From contig CAVRSI010000011.1 in NCBI GenBank assembly GCA_963723855.1, forward strand, positions 122,181-186,180: a stretch of DNA of 64,000 nucleotides, written 5' to 3'. Shown here piece by piece: positions 55,586 to 64,000 of this stretch. The DNA is from an uncultured Actinomycetes bacterium (GTDB lineage Bacteria > Actinomycetota > UBA4738 > HRBIN12). The position numbers were made by a program, and so were the translations under genes. The notes beneath the pieces were generated by a model, which saw only the letters and a list, made by a program, of their open reading frames with translations, made no database searches and was not told where the DNA came from. Every line of letters begins with the position of its first letter. Within the stretch, counting starts at the first letter, position 1.

Positions 55586-57369
55586 TCACCCGGCCGCCGG
55601 CGCGGGAGCGTAGACACTTCGCGTGAGCATCGTCCCCATGTTGATAGCGATGTTCAGGTTTATCGCCGTCGCCCCGTCGACGATCACCACGTAGTGCACC
55701 GTCGCCTTGAAGGGCGTCACGCTTGAGTCCTCGGCCGTGCACTGGGTGAGCGTCGCGCTCGGCGTGCACGTCCGGGTCGAGCCGGACGTGGCTGCTTGGA
55801 TCCCGAGCTCACCGAGATGGTCACCGTGACAACGTGCCCGCCGACCGTGGCGGTCTGGGTCGCGGGAGGCGCAACGATGTTGTTGAGCAGCGCATCTGTC
55901 ACCGAGCGAGAGGTGTAGCTTGCACCGTTCCAGTAGGAGATCGTGCCGGCCGACGGGGCGGCCGCCGGCGCGGCCGTGGTCGTCGACCCCGCCTGGGAGG
56001 TCGCGCTGTCCCGGTATCCGGTCATCGAGAGCAGGTAGCCAGTCCAACCGGCCGGCGCGCCGACCGCCGCCGGGAAGGCGCCGATGTTCACCTGGCCGAT
56101 GTTCCGGGTGGCCGACCGCGACGCTGCCGTCCTTGCCGGGGTCCACCTGGCGATTGACGAAGGACGTGTTTGGGTTGCTCGCGGCCGCGTCGACGCTCGC
56201 AAGCGCCGCGGTGCCGAGGCCCCCAGCAAGTCCATTGAGAGTCATGGAGGCCGTCAGAGGCGCCTCCCTGCTGGATCCGCCCGCCGACGCAAGGGAGGTT
56301 ATCGGTCTCAGCCGTATCGGTCGGGGGCGGGCAGACGTTGGTTCCCCCGGCAGCGACCGCGGCGTCGGCCAAGCCGGCGTCATTCGGTGGCGCTCCAGGT
56401 CGATGGACGTCGAGCCGTTGGTGGACGAAACCGCACCGCCTAGGCCCGAAACCGGCAGACTCGTACCGTAGGTGAGGGCGGGTGCTCCCGGGTCTGAGTC
56501 CGCGGCGCTCGCCGTCGTGAGCGTACCGGCGTCCGTCCGTGTGCCAGCCCCATCTGTCACCGAGACCTGGGACTCCGAGAACGACGCCCGACCTACCGTC
56601 ACTTGCTCGTTCTGAAGGTTCGACTCCGTTCCAGTCAGACCGAGGTAGCCGCTCGTGAAGTTGTTCAGGCCCTGGATCGACCCGCTGATATCGATATGCG
56701 CTGCCGGCACCTGCGCGAGGCCGTAAAAGGACGGTTGGCACGGAGCCGCGAATGGGTGGGTCGACGAGCTCAGGCACCCACTCGGCGACGAGAACAGGCT
56801 CTGGATCTGAACGAGGTTGTTGGCCTTGTTCGGGTAGGCAGCGCTTGTCCAGCTAATCATGACGGTGACCCGGTACGGGGTCATCGCGGGGCAGGTGGCC
56901 GTCACCGAAGGGCAGTCGTTAGTGACGTAGGTCTGCCAGTTGAAAGCGATGTTATTCGTCGTCGCGGTCGCGGCGATCGTGCCGGTGTGTGGATTGATCC
57001 ACGGCGTCGAAGGCACGCCACCGGAGTTCACGATCCGCTCGCCTGAGCAGGACTGGAACCGGTAGACGATCGGTGTCCCCCCACAGTTCGCGATGTTCGG
57101 GTCTGTTAGATCACTGCTGGACAGCCCCGTCTGGATCTTCGAGTACGCCTGCCCTCGGATGGTCTCCATGATCTGGTCCGCGATGCCGTCGGCGGTGACA
57201 CGCTCGCGGCCGTAGGCGATCGAGTGGAACCCGAGGGTCGCCGTGTACGCCATCGCGACCATGGCGGCGAAGATGATCGTGATCGCGATCATCGTCTCGA
57301 TGATGGTGAATCCGCGCTGGTCGTCTTTGGCGAGCGCAGACAGGCGCCTTGCAGTATCGCCCGGGTCAT
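55586..57369 (-). CDS. Large minor pilin / pilus tip protein with prepilin leader; several apparent frameshifts (leader at about 57349, body at about 56400 and about 55760)
   Basis: The ATG at 57369 (SD GGGAAGGA) gives MTRAILQ in one frame. The joined reading would be RRLSALAKDDQRG|FTIIETMIAITIIFAAMVAMAY. The body is Thr/Ser-rich and its pieces lie in at least two frames before the common stop at about 55586. Confidence 0.55.
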
Positions 57370-57723
57370 ACGGTCCTTCCCTATGTCAACAGCTGTCGAG
57401 TAATGGGTCGGCAACTCGGCTGGCCGGCTTGAGGTCATCTGGGGGATATCCCGCGGATCGGGTAGGTCGAACGACTCAGGTTCCTTGGGTACCGGACCGT
57501 GGCAGGATTCCTTGAGGGAGGACGACACCTCGTCTGATACACATGCCCAAGAGAACGGAGCACACAGAAGGGGCGGCCCGGAGGCCGCCCCTTGCGTGTG
57601 TGCCGTTCCTGATCGTCTGTTACGGAATGCGGGTGCCGCGGCCGCAGCAGCAGCGGTGCCTGTGCAGTTGGCCGGCGCGCGGTGGAACCATAGGTGGTGC
57701 CTCCGGCAGCCGAGTCTTTGATC

Positions 57724-58122
57724 TAGTAGCAGGTACCCGACGCGGACAGGCGGTCCGCCGACCAAGAATTGTGTTTGGGGCGCCGTAATGTCGGCGGCAC
57801 CGGCCGGAGCGGTGCATCCATCGTCTGTGGCAGCCGGGGCGCCGCCACGTAGCACAGCGACGGCTCGACCGTCTTCAGGCCGGTCGCGGCCGGTCGTCTG
57901 CGACCTGCGTATGGTGCTGGCGTCCGTGTAGATCGTCTTCGCAGCCACGAGGGCGTTGCGAAGGTCGGACTGCGCCGCGCGGTTCTGGGCCCGGGTACGG
58001 GCGCCCAGGAACGTCGGCAGTGCGATGGCGATCAGGATGCCGATGATCAGAACGACCACCATCAGCTCGATGAGGGTGAAGCCGTCCTCATCCTGCTTGC
58101 GCTCGAAATAGCGCTTGAGCAT
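57724..58122 (-). CDS. pilA: Type IVa major pilin paralog 1; apparent frameshift near 57905
   Basis: Starts MLKRYFERKQDEDG|FTLIELMVVVLIIGILIAIALPTFLGARTRAQNRAAQSDLRNALVAAKTIYTDAST, preceded by SD GGAAGGGAG. The Cys-containing C-terminal segment (...EPSLCYVAAP...GTCY) is in another frame. Confidence 0.8.
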
Positions 58123-58172
58123 CTGCGTCAACTCCCTTCCTTGGATCTCGTGGCACGCCCGTGCGGCGCACC

Positions 58173-58808
58173 CTACTGGGTCAGGGTTTCGGCGTCTGCG
58201 GCATCCTGCTTGAGGGCTCGGCGCTCGTCCGTCCATGAATACCTGGGAACGGGTAGGACGCGGGCTACCAGCCGGCGGCGGCGGGGCTGTCGCGGCGGTC
58301 GCGGTTCGCCGCTGCCCACGTCGCCGTGCAGTTCGGCGGCCGTCGTCTTCCCGTACTTGGTCCCGGTCGTGCCGTCGAGGATCACGAAGCACGTGCTGCG
58401 ACGCCGACAGCCGAGCCGCGGAGAACTGCGTCGCCGTCGAGTGGACGCTGATCGACCCGATCCCGCTCCCGCTGGCGCACGCCGGGAGCGACGGGGTTCG
58501 TCGCCGCCGATGCCTGCCGTTGGCACGTAACACATGTTCGGGATGATCGTGACGAGCCCGTGCCGGACTCGTCGGCGGATGTGAACGTGGCGTTGTCCGT
58601 GTACAGGATCCGCGCCGCCAGGACCGCGTTCCGCAGGTCCGATCTGGGCGGCGCGGTCCTGGAACCTCGCCCGCACGCCGAGGAACGTCGGCAGGCCCAT
58701 CACGATCAGGATGGCGAGGATCATCACGACGACCATCAACTCGATGAGCGTGAAGCCGTCCTCGTCCTCGTCGCAAGCCGTCTGCCAGGTTCGGAGCACC
58801 GGTGCCAC
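58173..58808 (-). CDS. pilA: Type IVa major pilin paralog 2; multiple apparent frameshifts
   Basis: GTG start with SD GAGAGGAG; reads MAPVLRTWQTACDEDEDG|FTLIELMVVVMILAILIVMGLPTFLGVRARFQDRAAQ. The continuations SDLRNAVLAARILYTDNATF... and ...IIPNMCYVPTAG... are in other frames. The 3' end is uncertain. Confidence 0.7.
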   Translation of the reverse strand: MAPVLRTWQTACDEDEDGFTLIELMVVVMILAILIVMGLPTFLGVRARFQDRAAQIGPAERGPGGADPVHGQRHVHIRRRVRHGLVTIIPNMCYVPTAGIGGDEPRRSRRAPAGAGSGRSASTRRRRSSPRLGCRRRSTCFVILDGTTGTKYGKTTAAELHGDVGSGEPRPPRQPRRRRLVARVLPVPRYSWTDERRALKQDAADAETLTQ

Positions 58809-58982
58809 CTCCTCTCGCTCGTCAGCGTCGACGGCCGGGGACCCGTCCGTCGCACCGTCTTTCACGAGATATCGGCACGGATGCCGTCGAGGGTTGACCC
58901 CTCCGGCCCGCCGACGCGGACCGGAGGGACAAGAGCCAACGTTCGACGTACGTAGAACCGGCGGATCACTACGTACGTGGCC

Positions 58983-60199
58983 TTACTGGATCAGCTTGAT
59001 GATGTTGAACATCGGCATGTAGAGCGCGATGACCGCGGCTCCCACGGCTCCTCCGATGATCGCGATCAGGAGCGGCTCGATCAGCGACGTCAGGGCGTCG
59101 ACCGACGCCTCGACCTCCTGGTCGTAGAACTTCGCGACCTTCTCGAGCATGGTGTCGACCTGGCCGGTCTCCTCACCCACCGCGAGCATCTGCACGACCA
59201 TCGGCGGGAACACGGCGTGCCTCGCGAGCGGCTTGGCGATCGACTCACCTTCGCGGACGCTCGCCTGCACGTCGACGACCGCCTTCGACATCACCTTGTT
59301 GTTCACGGTGTCCGCGACGATGTCCAGCGCCTGCAGGATCGGGAACGCCCGAGCGCAGCAGCATCGCCGGCCGTGCTGGAGAAGCGGGACAGCGCGGTCT
59401 TGTGGAAGAGCGTGCCGAAGATCGGGATCTTCAGCTTGAGCGCGTCGAGCGTCGCCCGTCCGGCTTCCGTCTTCTTGTACCGCCTGAAGAGGAACGACGA
59501 ACACGAACGTGAGCATGATGAGGAGTCACCAGTACTTCTTCACCGCGTCCGAGGCCATGAGCAGGACCCGGGTCGGCAGCGGCAGCGTGCCGCCGAGCTG
59601 CGTGTAGATGGTCTTGAACTGCGGCACGACGAACAGCAGCATCGCCGACATGATCAGGACGACCAGCGCGACGACCGCGACCGGGTACGTCATGGCCGAC
59701 TTGATCTTCTGCCGCAGGTGCACCTCGCGCTCGAGCACGTCGGCCAGCCGGAGCAGCACGTCGTCCAACATCCCGCCCGTCTCGCCCGACTTGACCATGG
59801 CGATGTAGAGGTCGTTGAACGCCTTGGGGAACTTCGCCATGGCCACGGACAGGCTCGAGCCCTGCTCGACGTCGTTGCGGACGAGCGTCAGGGTCTTCGC
59901 GAGCTCCTTGTTGCTGACCTGGTCGGACAGGATCGACAGCGCGCGCAGGATCGGCAGGCCGGAGTTGACCATGGTGGCGAACTGCCGGGAGAAGATCGCG
60001 ACTTCCTTGAGCTTGATCTTCGCCGGCCTGATGTTGATCTCGAGGTTGAGGCCCTTCTTCTCCTTGCCGACCTCGAGCGGGGTGTACCCCATCTCGCGGA
60101 GGCGCTCGAGGACCAGGCGCTCGTTGTCGGCGACGAGGGTCCCCGTGACGAGGTTCCCGGACTTGTCCCGGACCTTGTACTGCGTAGGACTCAGACATA
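58983..60199 (-). CDS. pilC: Type IV pilus inner-membrane platform protein PilC (GspF family); at least three apparent frameshifts (about 60185, 59530, 59400)
   Basis: The ATG overlaps the pilT stop. The first GspF repeat (...FSRQFATMVNSGLPILRAL...) is in the 59526..60482 frame. The second repeat (...FPILQALDIVADTVNN...LIEPLLIAIIGGAVGAAVIALYMPMFNIIKLIQ) is in the 58983..59516 frame. The central TM segment is in a third frame. Confidence 0.85.
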
Positions 60200-61357
60200 G
60201 TCGCCTCCCGACATCATCGAGCCCATCGCCATGGCTCCGCCGCCGTCCATCGGAGGCGGAGCGGAGGCGCCGCCGACCAGCCGCTGGAGCTCCTCGGGGT
60301 CGTGGCAGCGCTCGAACGCCACCTGCTGGTTGATGCGGCCGGCCTTCACGTGCGCGGCGATCGACATGTCCATCGTCTGCATCCCGTACCGGCCGCCGGC
60401 CTGCATCGCGGAGTAGATCTGGTGGACCTTGCCCTCGCGGATCAGGTTGCGGATGGCCGGGGTCGTGACCAGCACCTCGCACGCCGCGACGCGTCCCTGG
60501 CCGTCGGTCGTCTGGAGCAGCTGCTGCGTGACGACACCCTGAAGCGTGGTCGCCAGCTGCACCCGCACCTGCTGCTGCTGGTGCGGTGGGAACACGTCGA
60601 TGATGCGGTCGATCGTCTGCGGCGCGTCCTGCGTGTGCAGGGTCGCGAAGACCAGGTGGCCGGTCTCGGCCGCCGTGATCGCGGTCGAGATCGTCTCGAG
60701 GTCTCGCATCTCACCGACCAGGATGACGTCGGGGTCCTGACGCAGGACGTGCTTCAGGGCCTGGCCGAACCCGTGCGTGTCGGCGCCGACCTCGCGCTGG
60801 TTCACGATGCACTTCTTGTGCTTGTGCAGGAACTCGATCGGGTCCTCGACGGTCATGATGTGGCCGGCCCGCTCCTCGTTGACCACGTCCACCATGCCGG
60901 CGAGCGTGGTCGACTTGCCCGAACCCGTCGGGCCCGTCACCACGACGAACCCACGCGGGAACCGGGCGAGGTCGGCGACCACGCCCGGGAGGCCGAGGTC
61001 TTCGAGCTTCTTGATCTCGAACGGGATGAGCCGGAACGCCGCGCCGAGCGCGTCGCGCTGCTGGTAGACGTTCACACGGAAGCGCGCCTGACCCGGCAGG
61101 GAGTAGGACATGTCCAGCTCCAGCTCCTGCTCGAACCGCTCGCGGAGCTTCTGCGGCAGGATCGCGTAGATCATGCCCTGAAGCGCCCGGGGCGTCAGCG
61201 GAGGATACTTCTCCAGCCGCTCCAGCTCGCCGTTCACACGCACGACGGGCGGGGTCCCCACCGTGAGGTGGAGGTCCGAACCGCCAACCTCCAAGAGCGC
61301 CGTGAGCAGCTCCGGGATCGGGATATTCACGTCGTCTTGATCTGCTTGCATCACCAT
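60191..61357 (-). CDS. pilT: Twitching motility ATPase PilT
   Basis: 388 aa with Walker A GPTGSGKST, the PilT AIRNLIRE motif, and an intact frame. Confidence 0.95.
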   Translation of the reverse strand: MVMQADQDDVNIPIPELLTALLEVGGSDLHLTVGTPPVVRVNGELERLEKYPPLTPRALQGMIYAILPQKLRERFEQELELDMSYSLPGQARFRVNVYQQRDALGAAFRLIPFEIKKLEDLGLPGVVADLARFPRGFVVVTGPTGSGKSTTLAGMVDVVNEERAGHIMTVEDPIEFLHKHKKCIVNQREVGADTHGFGQALKHVLRQDPDVILVGEMRDLETISTAITAAETGHLVFATLHTQDAPQTIDRIIDVFPPHQQQQVRVQLATTLQGVVTQQLLQTTDGQGRVAACEVLVTTPAIRNLIREGKVHQIYSAMQAGGRYGMQTMDMSIAAHVKAGRINQQVAFERCHDPEELQRLVGGASAPPPMDGGGAMAMGSMMSGGDYV

Positions 61358-61358
61358 C

Positions 61359-63041
61359 TCACTTCACCACCCTTGCGATCTCTCCGATGGATGTCCGGCC
61401 CATGCGGGCCTTCTCCAGACCGTCGTCACGAAGCGTCATCATTCCCTGCTCGATCCCGGTCTTCCGGATCTCATCGGCAGATGCCCGGTCGACCGTGAGC
61501 CGTTGGATCTCCTCCGTCATCGGCATGACCTCGTACAGACCTGCACGTCCGCGGTAGCCCGTGTTCGAGCATGCCGAGCAGCCGGCCGGATGGAACAGCG
61601 TGTCGATCTCCGGGATCAGCCAGTCCGGGTAGCCGGCGGCCACCAGTTCCGCGTGCTCGGGCTTGTACGCCTCCTTGCATCGCTCGCAGAGCATCCGGAA
61701 GAGGCGCTGGGCGACGACGCAGTCGATCGCGGACGCCACCAGGAACGTCTCGACCTCCATCTCCACCAGCCGCGAGATGGCCGATGCGGCGTCGTTCGTG
61801 TGCAGCGAGGAAAGGACGAGGTGACCGGTGAGGGCGGCCTCGATCGCGATCGTGGCCGTCTCCTTGTCGCGGATCTCACCGATCAGCACGATGTCCGGGT
61901 CGGCACGAAGGATCGACCGCAGGGCCGACGCGAAGGTGAGCCCGGCCTTCGGGTTCACCTGCATCTGGTTCACGCCGTCCAGGCGGTACTCGACCGGGTC
62001 CTCGACCGTGATGATGTTGCGGTCTTCCTGGTTCAAGATGTTGAGCGTCGCGTACATGGTGGTCGACTTCCCCGAACCGGTCGGCCCGGTCACCAGGATC
62101 GCGCCGTACGGCTTGCTGAACGACGCGGAGAACCGCTTGTAGGCGTCGTCGGAGAAGCCCAGATCCTCGAGGCGAAGGAGCGCCTGGGACTTGTCCAGGA
62201 CGCGGATGACGATCTTCTCGCCGTAGACCGTGGGGAGCGTCGCGACACGCAGATCGAGCGTGCGCCCGCCGACCCGCATGCTGATGCGGCCGTCCTGCGG
62301 CACCCGCTTCTCCGCGATGTTCAGGTCGGCCATGACCTTCAGCCGGCTGATCAGGCCGCCCTGGATGTTCTTGGGCGAGTGCATGACGTCGTGGAGCACG
62401 CCGTCCACGCGGAACCGGACGCGGACGTCCCGCTCGGTCGGCTCGATGTGGACGTCGGAGGCCCGGTCGCCCACCGACTGGGTCATGATCGCCTGCACGA
62501 GCTTGACGATCGGTGCTTCCTCGAGCGCCGCCTCCAGCTGTTCATCGTCGCCCTCGAGCTGTTCGGAAGCCTGCGACGCAAGGGCTTCGACCTGCCCGTC
62601 CATGCCGGCGAACTTCTGGATCGCCTGCTCGACGTCGGCGGCCGTCGCCACCACCGGCTGGACGTCGCGGTTCGTGATCGTGCGGATGTCGTCCAGCGCG
62701 TAGACGTTCGCGGGGTCCGACATCGCGACCAGGAGCTTGCCGTCGCGTTCCCCGATCGGGATCGCGCGGTACCGGCGCGCGAGCGCATCCGGCAGCAACA
62801 TCGTGGACGAGGGATCGATGTGATAGTCGGCCAGGTCGACGAACTCCAACCCGACCTGCTCGGCGAGGGCGCGGACCAGGTCCGCCTCCTTGATCAACCC
62901 GAGGTCGATCAGGACGCGGCCGAGCGACTTGGGGGTCTTGCGATGCTCCTCGAGCGCCTGCTCCAGTTGCGCAGCAGTGATGAGACCCTGTTCGATCAGG
63001 ATCTGTCCGAGTTGCTTCGCCTTTCGCTTGACCGTAGTCAT
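61359..63041 (-). CDS. pilB: Type IV pilus assembly ATPase PilB (GspE family)
   Basis: 560 aa with N-terminal GSPII domains, Walker A GPTGSGKST, and a tetracysteine zinc motif (CERC...CSAC). Confidence 0.95.
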   Translation of the reverse strand: MTTVKRKAKQLGQILIEQGLITAAQLEQALEEHRKTPKSLGRVLIDLGLIKEADLVRALAEQVGLEFVDLADYHIDPSSTMLLPDALARRYRAIPIGERDGKLLVAMSDPANVYALDDIRTITNRDVQPVVATAADVEQAIQKFAGMDGQVEALASQASEQLEGDDEQLEAALEEAPIVKLVQAIMTQSVGDRASDVHIEPTERDVRVRFRVDGVLHDVMHSPKNIQGGLISRLKVMADLNIAEKRVPQDGRISMRVGGRTLDLRVATLPTVYGEKIVIRVLDKSQALLRLEDLGFSDDAYKRFSASFSKPYGAILVTGPTGSGKSTTMYATLNILNQEDRNIITVEDPVEYRLDGVNQMQVNPKAGLTFASALRSILRADPDIVLIGEIRDKETATIAIEAALTGHLVLSSLHTNDAASAISRLVEMEVETFLVASAIDCVVAQRLFRMLCERCKEAYKPEHAELVAAGYPDWLIPEIDTLFHPAGCSACSNTGYRGRAGLYEVMPMTEEIQRLTVDRASADEIRKTGIEQGMMTLRDDGLEKARMGRTSIGEIARVVK

Positions 63042-63193
63042 GTCGGGCTACCGGCGTCCGTTCGGTCTAGGTCGTCAGGAACTAACTTCGTCATCACCGC
63101 TCTCGACCTGAAGCAGGCCCGAGAACTCTTTGGCCAACATGACCGGATCGACCTCGGCGTCGGCGTCGAGCTCCATCGGAGGTGGCGTGTCCG

Positions 63194-63916
63194 TTACCGT
63201 TGCGTTCGTTCGTATCGGAGGCGTCGCCGCCGGCCGCTCCTTCCGCGTCCGGGCCGGACGTCGACGTGCCCTCCGCTCCGGCGGCTGCCCTTCTTCCCGG
63301 AGCCGCCGTTCGCGGCGCGCTCGACGGCATCCGCCGGGTCGGAACCGGACCCCTCCGCACCGGCCGCATCCCCCGAGCGGCCGACACCGCTTGCAACCGC
63401 GGCCATCGCCTCCTCGGTGGACGCGGCGGGCTTGCCGTCCGCGGCGGGCTGGGCGGTCCGAGCCCAATGTCGTGCCTGGGCGCTGTCGGGGGCCGGCGGG
63501 GTCGCGGACGAGTCGCCGTTCGTCGACTGCTTGTAGGACGACGTCGGCGATTTGCCCCGGGGCCCACCCGACGCCTCGGGGACGCGGAGCGTGTCGCGGC
63601 GGTTCCGGGACTCCTCGGCGGAGGTCAGGATGCCCTCGAGCTGATCGATCACCAGGCCGGGGCGGACGCCGGCGTTGGCCACGGCGAATGCACCGTACGC
63701 GGGCCGTCTGACGTAGACCCAGACCTGGTCGCCGAATTCGACGAAGCTGCGCTCGGGGTCCCCGAGCGAAGCGAACCTGACCCAGGCCGGCTTCACGGCC
63801 GTCTCGTCGTCCGGGTAGGACCCGAGGATCAGCCCGTCCCTGGAAAGGATGAGACAGCCGCGCACGTCGGCGACGCCGCCCGCGATGCGATACGCGAGCG
63901 CCGAGTAGTCATCCAT
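63194..63916 (-). CDS. Roadblock/LC7 (MglB-like) domain protein with a low-complexity C-terminal tail
   Basis: The N-terminal ~100 aa (DYSALAYRIAGGVADVRGCLILSRDGLILGSYPDDE...) match the roadblock/LC7 fold. The tail is Gly/Ser/Arg-rich and may be partly out of frame. The gene lies directly upstream of pilB at the window edge. Confidence 0.65.
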   Translation of the reverse strand: MDDYSALAYRIAGGVADVRGCLILSRDGLILGSYPDDETAVKPAWVRFASLGDPERSFVEFGDQVWVYVRRPAYGAFAVANAGVRPGLVIDQLEGILTSAEESRNRRDTLRVPEASGGPRGKSPTSSYKQSTNGDSSATPPAPDSAQARHWARTAQPAADGKPAASTEEAMAAVASGVGRSGDAAGAEGSGSDPADAVERAANGGSGKKGSRRSGGHVDVRPGRGRSGRRRRLRYERTQR

Positions 63917-64000
63917 ATGTCACCCCTCACATCGTCGGACCGTGGCGAACGCTTGAGCATCCGGCCCGGATGAAGCGGTGAACGGCCGCAGGCGCGGGGG

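Noticed and set aside
63075-63467. Small minus-strand ORF ending ...MELDADAEVDPVMLAKEFSGLLQVESGDDEVSS between pilB and the roadblock gene
   Set aside because: It overlaps the roadblock gene tail in another frame and has no domain signature. It may be a frameshifted extension of the roadblock gene, but the evidence is insufficient.

Overview
High-GC (~70%) bacterial chromosome segment with Mycobacterium-like actinobacterial gene order. Nearly every gene is on the minus strand, and many neighbours share 4-nt ATGA/GTGA stop/start overlaps.

Layout, in plus-strand coordinates:
- 1-4172: rRNA operon on the minus strand, with partial 23S, ITS and complete 16S.
- 4509-17400: tyrS (minus), ponA (plus), mpg, polX, argF, pheT, pheS, a TrmH-family rRNA methyltransferase fused to a histidine-kinase core, rplT, rpmI and infC (all minus).
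- 17500-21600: rib operon (ribD-ribE-ribBA-ribH plus a cupin gene) preceded by a clear FMN riboswitch.
- 21640-29100: REC-GGDEF response regulator, rpe, rsmB, fmt, def, priA, metK.
- 29000-41400: coaBC, rpoZ, gmk, mihF, then the pyrimidine operon pyrR-pyrB-pyrC-carA-carB-pyrK-pyrD-pyrF with a PyrR-box and a leader uORF.
- 41550-47000: tatA (plus), nusB, efp, Xaa-Pro aminopeptidase, aroQ-aroB-aroK-aroC.
- 47100-63916: a complete type IVa pilus locus. It contains a PilP-like protein, pilO, pilN, pilM, a BldC-like small HTH gene with a striking palindromic operator, a lower-GC island with an MBG/YDG secreted protein, pilD, three large minor pilins, tandem pilA paralogs, pilC, pilT, pilB and a roadblock/LC7 (MglB-like) gene at the window edge.

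At least 20 apparent single-base frameshifts interrupt otherwise well-conserved genes, including essential ones (pheT, carB, coaBC, efp, pyrC, pyrF, aroB, aroC). Several sit at C/G homopolymers. This argues for assembly indel errors rather than true pseudogenes, but it cannot be resolved from sequence alone.

No CRISPR array, tRNA or obvious mobile element was seen. All coordinates marked 'approx' were placed by hand-translation of the sequence and may be off by a few nucleotides.
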